Part shown: in pieces, positions 48,707 to 56,875 of the stretch | How positions within the stretch are numbered: position 1 is the stretch's first letter | Layout of the letters: each line of letters starts with the position of its first letter | Source of the DNA: Desulfobacula sp. | Lineage (GTDB): Bacteria; Desulfobacterota; Desulfobacteria; Desulfobacterales; Desulfobacteraceae | NCBI GenBank assembly: GCA_021647625.1 | Contig: JAKIUJ010000001.1 | Span: forward strand, 1-63,114 | Direction: 5' to 3' | Length of the DNA: 63,114 nucleotides | Made by a program: the position numbers and the translations under genes | Notes under the pieces: model-generated | What the model was told of the DNA's origin: nothing | The model's input: only the letters and a program-made list of their open reading frames with translations | Databases searched by the model: none

Positions 48707-48799
48707 ATGAAACTCTTTAAACACTGCACTATTTATAATGCCAAATCTGCTTTAGCATTATCCTTAATCACCCATTGGCCTGCCCTGAATGCAGTCTGA
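48707..48799 (+). CDS. Putative 30-aa leader peptide upstream of iorA
   Basis: GGAG RBS; MKLFKHCTIYNAKSALALSLITHWPALNAV*; lies between operator 2 and iorA. Confidence 0.4.
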   Translation: MKLFKHCTIYNAKSALALSLITHWPALNAV

Positions 48800-48830
48800 C
48801 CTTCATTTTCGTAAAAAAAGTTCATCGAAT

Positions 48831-48938
48831 TTACGGCCATGCGCAGCCTTGCCCTTTCGTCCAGGGGTTGTGCAAAAAACCGAAAATTTTGACAAAACAT
48901 GAAAGAACTCCAGCCGGTTTGCACAAGTTCTTTCATAG
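48831..48938 (+). repeat. Structured repeat family C
   Basis: TTACGGCCATGCGCAGCCTTGCCC...TTTTGACAAAACATGAAAGAAC...GTTCTTTCATA. Confidence 0.8.
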
Positions 48939-49000
48939 AAACAGCTTAAAATCCGTGCTTTAAATAAGTTCCATTCATTTAATTTTATAAGGATTAAACA

Positions 49001-50860
49001 ATGAAAGAAGAGTTTTTATTAGGAAACGGCGCTATGGCCATAGGCCTTCTTGAGGCTGGCTGTCAGATCATGACCTCTTATCCGGGCACCCCTTCTTCAG
49101 AAATTTTACCTGAAGTGGTCCGGTTTTCCAAAGCAAATGAATTAAACACGGCCATTGAATGGTCAGTGAATGAAAAAGTCGCCTTTGATAATGCATTTGC
49201 TGCTGCCATATCCGGTAAACGAGCGGCCTGCTGTATGAAAATGGTGGGCTTGAATGTGGCTGCTGACTCATTTATGTCTGCCGCCTATATCGGCAATATA
49301 GGCGGGCTTGTAATAATTTCCTGTGATGATCCAGGGCCTCACTCCTCCCAGACGGAACAGGATTCCCGCCTTATGGCCCGTCTTGGCAAAGTGCCTGTCA
49401 TGGATCCGGGAAGCCCTGAAGAAGCCCGGGAAATGATCAAAGCCGCTTTTGAACTGTCAGAACAATTCCAGGTACCTGTTCTGGTTCGGCCTGCTATCCG
49501 GGTGTGCCATGCCAGACAGAACATCAAGTATGACAAGCTTGAAAGCAATCTAACTAAAGCTGATTTTAAAAAAGAACCTACTCGTTGGGCCTCTACCCCG
49601 AAATTCAGATTTTTGCAGCACAAAGCCTTGAATGAAAAACACATTAAGATCAGTGAAAAATTTGATACCTTTGCACCCTTTAATATGAGTACCCGGAAAA
49701 AAGGGCAGTCTTATCCCTTTGGCATTGTCACAGGCGGTGTGCCCTCCGCTGTGATCCAGGACATGTTCGATGATCTTGGCAGAGACGATATCCCTGTCCT
49801 GAAACTTGGCGCGCCCTATCCTTTCCCTGAAAAACTGGCTGAAGGTTTCATGGATGCCTGTGATAAAGTGCTTGTTATCGAAGAAACAGACACGGTTATC
49901 GAGTACATGCTCAGAGACCGGCATAAAACTCTTGGAAGACTTTCAGGGCATGTACCCATGGAAGGCGAACTGATCCCGGAAAAAATAGAAGGACTGATCA
50001 ACAATGCATTGACTGATTGCGGCTTGACGCCATTATCAACCAGTGACTGTGGTGCTGAAGCAATGGAACTTATCGGTGGCCTTGAACTTCCCATGAGACG
50101 TCCGACCCTGTGCCCGGGCTGCCCCCACAGAGCCTCTTTTTATTCGATTCGAAAAGCCATGCCCAAAGCGATTTTTCCATCAGATATCGGGTGCTACACC
50201 CTTGGCAGCAATTTAGGTGTTGTGGACACCGTGCTTGATATGGGTGCCGGTATCACCATGGCATCCGGTTTTTACAATGCATACATTCAGGATGATGTAC
50301 ACAAACCCATCGTTGCTACCATGGGGGATTCGACATTCTTTCATTCCGGTACCACAGCGCTGATTAATGCTGTTTATAATGATTCAAGGTTCGTTCTGGT
50401 TATTCTGGACAACCATATCACCGCCATGACCGGTATGCAGCCGGCCATTACCCAGGGAGTAAGGGTGGATGGTAGAAAAGGTAATGCCATTTCATTGGAA
50501 ACCATTGTTAAAGGCTGCGGCATTGAATATCTAAAAGTGATTGATCCCTTTGATACAAAAAACATGATTCAGACAATAAAAGATGCCGCTGAATACGCGA
50601 ATGATCCGGATGGAGGCATCGCTGTCATCATATCCCGTCACCCCTGTGTGATAGGATTCAAGGATGAGGCCATTCCTGAAAAAATTGAGGTGTGTGTGTC
50701 TGATGATTGTGACGATTGCGGATTTTGCCACATGCGATTTGAGTGTCCTGCCATGGTTCGCAATAAAGAGACTGAAAAAACAGAGATTAACAAAGTACTC
50801 TGCGCTGAATGTGGTGTCTGTATTCAGATCTGTCCGAGAGATGCAGTGGAAAAAGCATAA
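49001..50860 (+). CDS. iorA: Indolepyruvate:ferredoxin oxidoreductase alpha subunit
   Basis: YPGTPSSE, EWSVNEKVA, HSSQTEQDSR, LCPGCPHR, DIGCYTLG, GDSTFFHSG, C-terminal ferredoxin. Confidence 0.93.
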   Translation: MKEEFLLGNGAMAIGLLEAGCQIMTSYPGTPSSEILPEVVRFSKANELNTAIEWSVNEKVAFDNAFAAAISGKRAACCMKMVGLNVAADSFMSAAYIGNIGGLVIISCDDPGPHSSQTEQDSRLMARLGKVPVMDPGSPEEAREMIKAAFELSEQFQVPVLVRPAIRVCHARQNIKYDKLESNLTKADFKKEPTRWASTPKFRFLQHKALNEKHIKISEKFDTFAPFNMSTRKKGQSYPFGIVTGGVPSAVIQDMFDDLGRDDIPVLKLGAPYPFPEKLAEGFMDACDKVLVIEETDTVIEYMLRDRHKTLGRLSGHVPMEGELIPEKIEGLINNALTDCGLTPLSTSDCGAEAMELIGGLELPMRRPTLCPGCPHRASFYSIRKAMPKAIFPSDIGCYTLGSNLGVVDTVLDMGAGITMASGFYNAYIQDDVHKPIVATMGDSTFFHSGTTALINAVYNDSRFVLVILDNHITAMTGMQPAITQGVRVDGRKGNAISLETIVKGCGIEYLKVIDPFDTKNMIQTIKDAAEYANDPDGGIAVIISRHPCVIGFKDEAIPEKIEVCVSDDCDDCGFCHMRFECPAMVRNKETEKTEINKVLCAECGVCIQICPRDAVEKA

Positions 50861-50884
50861 AACTTATCTGATGGAGAAAAAAAT

Positions 50885-51454
50885 ATGAAAACGATTAATT
50901 ATGTACTAACGGGTCTGGGCGGACAGGGCATCCTTTTTTTGACAAAGGTGCTGGCCACCACGGCTTTAACTAAAGGATTTAATATTCTGGGTGCGGAAAC
51001 CCACGGCATGGCGCAACGAGGCGGCTCTGTTGTGTCACATTTACGAGTTGGGGATGCACGATCCAGCCTGATCCGGGCAGGAGAAGCGGATTTTTTGTTG
51101 TCCATGGATGAAGCAGAAGCCTATCGGTATCTGCCCTATCTTAAAAAAGGCGCAAAATTATTTGCCAATGCACCGTCCAATGCCTTTCCAAATGAAAAAG
51201 TGGCCGCCTTTCTGGATAAGAACCAGATTGAACCCTTTGCCATGGAGGCTTCAAAAATCGCTATGGACCTGGGTTCACCCCGGTCTACGAATCTTGCCAT
51301 GATTGCCTTTTATGCAGCTTTTGATTCAGGCCCTTTGAGTGCTGATGATCTGAGAGCCACAGTGGACAGTATGAGCCCCGGAGCTTTTAAGACGACTAAT
51401 TTGAAGATATTTGATGCTTGTTATGATACGGGCAGAAAAATGGCAATTAAATAG
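50885..51454 (+). CDS. iorB: Indolepyruvate:ferredoxin oxidoreductase beta subunit
   Basis: GLGGQG, ETHGMAQRGGSV. Confidence 0.93.
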   Translation: MKTINYVLTGLGGQGILFLTKVLATTALTKGFNILGAETHGMAQRGGSVVSHLRVGDARSSLIRAGEADFLLSMDEAEAYRYLPYLKKGAKLFANAPSNAFPNEKVAAFLDKNQIEPFAMEASKIAMDLGSPRSTNLAMIAFYAAFDSGPLSADDLRATVDSMSPGAFKTTNLKIFDACYDTGRKMAIK

Positions 51455-51597
51455 TGCTTGAACGAAGACTCACCCATCTGCTTCGTTGCTGCAAAATCCT
51501 GAAATCCTCATGTACTATAGTACACTCCGGTTTCAGAATTTTTTGCGCCTTGCATACGGGCAACTTTTCGTTCAAGCACGACTTTTAGGTCAGGCAC
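51454..51597 (-). mobile_element. MITE family A, copy 4
   Basis: GTGCTTGAACG ... GGTCAGGCAC; TSD TAAATA/TAAGTA; the first G completes the iorB TAG stop. Confidence 0.88.
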
Positions 51598-51638
51598 TAA
51601 GTAATAGCTCAAATTCAGCTGTTTTATAGGAAAACTTC

Positions 51639-51676
51639 TTGACATGGAATGATTGTATACAGTATACCGTATACAA
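51639..51676 (+). promoter_or_regulatory. Promoter with GntR-type operator 3
   Basis: TTGACA (51639-51644) then TTGTATAC-A-GTATAC-C-GTATACAA (three GTATAC units). Confidence 0.8.
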
Positions 51677-51724
51677 CAATGCTTGATAAATCTATTGTGT
51701 TTAATATATGGAGATCCTTATATT

Positions 51725-52915
51725 ATGGAACATTTAAAAAAACTCACCGTATTATCCCTTGAGCAGGCAACGGTTGCACCCTATCTGACTTACCGCCTTG
51801 CCCAGGACGGCATGAACGTCATCCGGCTTGAGCATCCAATCTACGGTGATCCCAACCGATTCATCGGTGACAATGTATTGGACGAAAAACGGATGAACTC
51901 CTATTTTCTGTGCATCAACTCCGGAAAAAAAGCGTTGACCTTGAACCTTGCCGCACCTGAAGGGCAGGAGATTTTCAAAAAACTGCTCAAAGAGCTTGAT
52001 GTTGATATCTTTGTAACCAATCAACTGCCAAAAAATTATAACAAACTGGGCATTGCCTATGACCTGATGAAAGAAGTCAAACCCGACATTATCTGGCTCG
52101 GGCTGACCGGTTTTGGCCCGGATTCAAACGAAGGCGCATACGACCCCATTCTCCAGGCAAGATCAGGCTTGATGGAACTCACCGGAGAGGCTGATGGTGA
52201 TCCCCAGGTAACCGGCATTCCACTGCCGGATATGGGCACCAGTGAACATGGATACGGCCTTTTGATGAAAGCCTTGTTTAAACGTGCGGTTACAAAAAAA
52301 GGAACAAGAATCGATCTATCCATGTTTGAATCCACTGTCTCCTGGCTGACCGTCCCCATTGCGTTGTCCAAAAGTTTTGGTGCAAGTATTTCAAGGCGCG
52401 GGAACACCCATGAATTTTTCAGCCCGGTATCTGTTTACAAAACCAGCAATGGCTTTGTCTATCTTGCCTGCGGGAATGACCGCCAGTGGGAATCCATGGT
52501 TTCCCAGGATATGTTTAAATCGCTTGCCAAAGAAGAGTACAAGAAAAACAAGGGCAGAATTGATGATGTTGCAAATCTGAACAAGGCGATCAATGCCATC
52601 ACAAAACAGCATACATCTGAAGAATTGATTGATTTTTTTAACTCAATCACCGTACCGATTTCCAAGATCAAAAATGTAAATGAAGTGGTTGATGATCCAT
52701 TGGTTGCCAAAAAGATTTTGTCATCCACTGATCCAAAAACAGGTACAAAGGTTACCCTTGCACCCCCACCGAACATGACGCCATTTCTTGAAGAATGTGA
52801 CCGGAAGTTGAGCTTTCCACCACGATTTGGAGAACAGAACCAGAAAATTTATGGCGATCTTCTCGGGATTGATGAGGCCACGCTTTCTGAATATAAAGAA
52901 AAAGGGGTTATATAG
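51725..52915 (+). CDS. CaiB/BaiF family III CoA-transferase (IaaL-like candidate)
   Basis: LEQATVAPY, GDPNR, NSGKKALTLNL, TGFGPD, AYDPILQA, FPPRFGEQ; start moved to MEHLKK after GGAG. Confidence 0.9.
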   Translation: MEHLKKLTVLSLEQATVAPYLTYRLAQDGMNVIRLEHPIYGDPNRFIGDNVLDEKRMNSYFLCINSGKKALTLNLAAPEGQEIFKKLLKELDVDIFVTNQLPKNYNKLGIAYDLMKEVKPDIIWLGLTGFGPDSNEGAYDPILQARSGLMELTGEADGDPQVTGIPLPDMGTSEHGYGLLMKALFKRAVTKKGTRIDLSMFESTVSWLTVPIALSKSFGASISRRGNTHEFFSPVSVYKTSNGFVYLACGNDRQWESMVSQDMFKSLAKEEYKKNKGRIDDVANLNKAINAITKQHTSEELIDFFNSITVPISKIKNVNEVVDDPLVAKKILSSTDPKTGTKVTLAPPPNMTPFLEECDRKLSFPPRFGEQNQKIYGDLLGIDEATLSEYKEKGVI

Positions 52916-52945
52916 CGAATAATTTAAAGGAAGATTAAATCCAAA

Positions 52946-53632
52946 ATGAAGCTGAAAAACAGTTTTAGTCAAAGAAGGTCACTAGGACAGGATGTATTTG
53001 AGTATTTAAAAAATGCCATCATTGACCAGACCATTGAACAGGGTCAGCGCCTTGTTGAGAGCAAAATTTCCGATATGTTAGGCATCAGCAGAACTCCATT
53101 GCGTGAAGCCCTGCATAAGCTGGAAAGAGAAGACTGGATAGAGAAAATCCCGTCCGGCGGCTATATGGTGGTCACACTGACCAAAGATGACATTGAGCAT
53201 ACTTTTGGCATCCGAAGTGTTCTTGAGGCTTATGCTGCAAGATTGGCTGCCGAGAACCACACAAACAAAGAGCTGATTCCTTTGGAAAAAAAGATGAAGG
53301 AATATCAAAAGTGTTTAGAAACCAAAAATAGTGATAAGCTTCAAAAGATCAATACCGAATTCCATGACCTGCTTTACAGTTTAAGCGGCAGTCCCAAGCT
53401 GATTAAAATGATCAACCAGCTTAGAGCACAGATCTCCCGCTTCAGACAAATCATCTTAAAGCAGATTGCCTTTGCCCATAAAAGCAACCAGGACCATATC
53501 AAAATGATGGATGCCATAAAAAAAAGGGACGGGGATGCTGTGGAACTGCTTGTCAGAAATCATATCATTAAGGGCAAAACAGCGGTATTAAGCCAGCTTA
53601 CCAAAGAGGAAGAAGAAAAGAAAAGTGCTTAA
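52946..53632 (+). CDS. GntR-family regulator with FCD domain
   Basis: LVESKISDMLGISRTPLREAL, RSVLE, NTEFH, NHI. Confidence 0.93.
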   Translation: MKLKNSFSQRRSLGQDVFEYLKNAIIDQTIEQGQRLVESKISDMLGISRTPLREALHKLEREDWIEKIPSGGYMVVTLTKDDIEHTFGIRSVLEAYAARLAAENHTNKELIPLEKKMKEYQKCLETKNSDKLQKINTEFHDLLYSLSGSPKLIKMINQLRAQISRFRQIILKQIAFAHKSNQDHIKMMDAIKKRDGDAVELLVRNHIIKGKTAVLSQLTKEEEEKKSA

Positions 53633-54632
53633 GATTGATGACATACGATCGGGCAGCCACCTGGCGGGTGCCAGGCTGATCCGGCTTATTGAAGACAATG
53701 AGCCATCGGCCATTGAGCTGTTGAAATCTTTATACGCCAATACCGGTAAAGCTTTTATCATCGGCATCACAGGCTCGCCCGGTGTTGGCAAGTCAACGCT
53801 GATTGATGCTTTGATTTTTCAATTTCGTGAACTTTCCAAAAAAGTTGCCGTCATTGCTGTTGACCCCACAAGCCCCTATACCGGCGGTGCTATTTTAGGA
53901 GATCGGTTGAGAATGCAGCGCCATGCCACCGACCCTGATGTCTTTATCCGGTCCATGGCATCCCGGGGTCAGACAGGGGGTCTCTCCCGTGCAGCAAAAG
54001 ATGCAACAACCGTTCTGGATGCCATGGGATTTGATATCATCATTATTGAGACGGTTGGTGCAGGACAGGCCCAGTTTGATATTGCAAGCCTTGCCCATTG
54101 TGTCGGCATTGTGTCTATCCCTTCAAGCGGAGATGGTATCCAGGCAGTAAAGGCTGGTATTTTAGAAACAGGAGACATCTTTATTGTCAACAAATCTGAC
54201 ACACCCGATGCAGATCTTAGCTTTATTGAACTTTGCGGCATGCTGGAGATGAGACAATCACGAGAATTCCTACGGACATTACCGCCGGGATTACCGCCTA
54301 AAACAGACAACGGCCATCCGACCTGGCAGCCAAAAGTTTTAAAAACCATTGCCCAGGACGGCACAGGGATCAAAGAACTAACCCACACTTTTTTGTCTTA
54401 TTTGGATTTCATGAAAAAAAACAATCTTTTGAAATCAAAACAAAAAACCCAGGAGAAACTTTATTTTAAAACCCTTTTAAAAGATCTGATATTAGAAAAA
54501 ATCAATGGGTTCATGGACGAATCAAAATATGTTGAAACCGCTTTAAATGATATTCAATTAAATATTACAGATCCAATTTCCGCAGCACAGCATGTGGTTA
54601 ATAAAACAATTGGACATAAGATAAAGGAATAA
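53625..54632 (+). CDS. meaB: MeaB/ArgK GTPase chaperone for a B12 mutase
   Basis: GITGSPGVGKST, AVDPTSPYTGGAILGDRLRM, IETVGAGQ, VNKSD. Confidence 0.93.
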   Translation: MLKIDDIRSGSHLAGARLIRLIEDNEPSAIELLKSLYANTGKAFIIGITGSPGVGKSTLIDALIFQFRELSKKVAVIAVDPTSPYTGGAILGDRLRMQRHATDPDVFIRSMASRGQTGGLSRAAKDATTVLDAMGFDIIIIETVGAGQAQFDIASLAHCVGIVSIPSSGDGIQAVKAGILETGDIFIVNKSDTPDADLSFIELCGMLEMRQSREFLRTLPPGLPPKTDNGHPTWQPKVLKTIAQDGTGIKELTHTFLSYLDFMKKNNLLKSKQKTQEKLYFKTLLKDLILEKINGFMDESKYVETALNDIQLNITDPISAAQHVVNKTIGHKIKE

Positions 54633-54637
54633 ACCAA

Positions 54638-55036
54638 ATGGAAACAAAAAACAAAATTCGGGTACTCATTGCCAAACCCGGCCTGGATGGGCATGACAAG
54701 GGAGCAAAAATTGTTTGTCTGGCCTTAAGAGATGCAGGCTTTGAAGTTATCTACTCAGGTCTTCACCAGAGTCTTGACCAGATCATCCGGACAGCCACCC
54801 AGGAAGCCGTGGATGTAATTGGTTTAAGCATTATGTCCGGCGCACATCTTCCTATATCTGAAAAACTGATCGCCATGATGAATAAAAACGGTCTTGGGGA
54901 CATTAAACTTACCGTGGGCGGTGTTATCCCGAACAGGGATATCCCAACGCTCAAAGAGATGGGTGTGGCACAAGTTTTTCCCGGCGGTACCTCCTTTGAC
55001 AAGATTACCACCGGTATGAAACTATTGTTTAAATAA
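54638..55036 (+). CDS. Acyl-CoA mutase small (cobalamin-binding) subunit
   Basis: AKPGLDGHDKGAK (DxHxxG), GLSIMSGAH, VGGVIP. Confidence 0.95.
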   Translation: METKNKIRVLIAKPGLDGHDKGAKIVCLALRDAGFEVIYSGLHQSLDQIIRTATQEAVDVIGLSIMSGAHLPISEKLIAMMNKNGLGDIKLTVGGVIPNRDIPTLKEMGVAQVFPGGTSFDKITTGMKLLFK

Positions 55037-55086
55037 AGGTCTGGGTATTTCAAATATTTGAGACGTAAAACAAGAGAGGTAAAGCA

Positions 55087-56742
55087 ATGGGTGTTGCAAA
55101 GTATATAAAAGATGAACGCGGGGCAATCAAAGAGGTAACCTACCAGTCCGGTATCAAGGTCAAACCGGCATATGGTCCTGAAGATCTTGAAAATAAAGGT
55201 TTTGAATATGAAAAAGATCTGGGTGCGCCGGGTGAATATCCATTTACGCGAAGTATCCATCCCGAAAGCTATAGAAGCCGTGCCTGGACCACAAGGCAAT
55301 ATACAGGATTCGGCACACCACAAGAGACAAACGAACGGTTCAAACTGATGATCAAAAACGGCCAGAACGGTTTGAACGTGGCCTTTGATCTGCCCACCCA
55401 GATGGGATATGACTCTGACCACCCCCTGGCACAGGGAGAGGTTGGCCGTGTGGGCATGGCCATTGATTCATTAAAAGATTTTGAGACCGCCTTTGCAGGG
55501 ATACCCTTGGATAAAATCGGATCAGGCCTGACCATAAACGGGGTGGCCACCATCATGATGGCCATGTACCAGGCCACGGCGGAAAAGTTCGGATATGCAA
55601 AAGACAAAATCTCCACCACTCCCCAGAATGATATTTTAAAAGAGATGATTGGTCGCGGCGCCTGGATTTTCCCTGTTGAACATGGGGTCAGACTTGTTGG
55701 CGACAGTATTGAATACGCAGTAAAGGAACTGCCCCGGTCCAACCCGGTCAGCATCTGCGGATATCATATCAGAGAGTCCGGTGCCACGCCTGCCCAGGAA
55801 ATCGCCTATGCATTTGCCATTGCAAAAGCATACATTGACAACGTCATGGAACGTGACATCGATCCATCTGATTTTGTGGGTCGTTTTTCCTTTAACTTTA
55901 ATGTTTACGGTAATATGTGGGAACAGATCGCTAAATTCCGTGCTGCCCGAAAGCTATGGGCCAGGATGCTCAAAGAGGAGTATGGCGTAACAGATAAGAA
56001 AAAACTGTTCCTGCGCGGACTTTTCGGCGGCGGCGGATCAGGGCTCACCAAAGAGCAGCCTGAAAACAATATCATGCGCGGAGCGTATTATGCACTTGGT
56101 GCTGCATTATCCGGTGCCCAGACCACAGCCCTTTGTTCTTTTGATGAAGCCTATACCATCCCCACGCCCCGGTCTGCGCTTTTATCCTTGAGGACCCTTG
56201 AAATGCTCATGGATGAAGTGGGGCTAAGAGATACGGTAGACCCATTGGCCGGCTCCTATTTTATCGAGACTATCACCCTTGAGATGGAAGAAAAAATCAT
56301 CGAAGAGATGAAGGAGGTCGAAAAATGGGGCGGCATGGTCAAGAGTATCTCCAATGGTTTTATCCAGCGCAAGGTATCCCGCCAGGCCTATGAATTTGAA
56401 AAGGGTATGCAAGCCGGGGTTTACAAAAAAGTGGGTGTAACACCGGGGGGCCAGAGGGATCAAGCGGACGGCGAAGACGACACTCAAAAAACAGACGTAG
56501 AACTGCATGAATACAATGAAGACTGGGCTATAAAATCAAAAGCCAATTTAGAAGAGTTGCGGCGCACAAGAAACGATAAAAAGGTGAAAGACAGTCTTGC
56601 CGCACTTGAAAAGGCAGCCAAGGGTTCCGACAACGTTATGCCGCATCTTGTTAAATGCTGTCATTCATACGCCACAGTTGGAGAGATGGCCGGGGTTTTC
56701 AGGGATGTTTTTGGCGAATGGAAAGAACCTGAGTTTTATTAG
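55087..56742 (+). CDS. Acyl-CoA mutase large subunit (methylmalonyl-CoA mutase family, non-canonical active site)
   Basis: PGEYPFTR, RQYTGFG, AFDLPTQMGYDSD, QNDILKE, GYHIRE, DPLAGSY; LRGLFGGGGSGLT replaces LRTHxQTSG. Confidence 0.92.
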   Translation: MGVAKYIKDERGAIKEVTYQSGIKVKPAYGPEDLENKGFEYEKDLGAPGEYPFTRSIHPESYRSRAWTTRQYTGFGTPQETNERFKLMIKNGQNGLNVAFDLPTQMGYDSDHPLAQGEVGRVGMAIDSLKDFETAFAGIPLDKIGSGLTINGVATIMMAMYQATAEKFGYAKDKISTTPQNDILKEMIGRGAWIFPVEHGVRLVGDSIEYAVKELPRSNPVSICGYHIRESGATPAQEIAYAFAIAKAYIDNVMERDIDPSDFVGRFSFNFNVYGNMWEQIAKFRAARKLWARMLKEEYGVTDKKKLFLRGLFGGGGSGLTKEQPENNIMRGAYYALGAALSGAQTTALCSFDEAYTIPTPRSALLSLRTLEMLMDEVGLRDTVDPLAGSYFIETITLEMEEKIIEEMKEVEKWGGMVKSISNGFIQRKVSRQAYEFEKGMQAGVYKKVGVTPGGQRDQADGEDDTQKTDVELHEYNEDWAIKSKANLEELRRTRNDKKVKDSLAALEKAAKGSDNVMPHLVKCCHSYATVGEMAGVFRDVFGEWKEPEFY

Positions 56743-56752
56743 CCATATCTTT

Positions 56753-56853
56753 TATATGAAATAATATTCAAATTCAGTCTAATATTTCATGTTTTGTCAA
56801 AACCCCTGGTTTTTTGCGCAATTGCTTGCAGGCAAAGCTGCGCATTGCCGTTA
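56753..56853 (-). repeat. Structured repeat family C
   Basis: Reverse complement TAACGGCAATGCGCAGCTTTGCC...GGTTTTGACAAAACATGAAATATTAGACTGA-TTTGAATATTATTTCATAT. Confidence 0.8.
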
Positions 56854-56875
56854 TCAGATTGTAAGGAGACATACT

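Noticed and set aside
51653-51724. ORF-track N-terminal extensions (also 27707, 34677, 56789, 26927, 20647, 19577)
   Set aside because: The extensions run through operators, promoters, repeats or upstream genes; downstream starts have better RBS or family-typical N-termini.
53625-56742. Ordinary propionate pathway (methylmalonyl-CoA mutase plus PccB)
   Set aside because: No epimerase or biotin subunits lie nearby, the mutase active-site strand is altered, and the context is aromatic catabolism.
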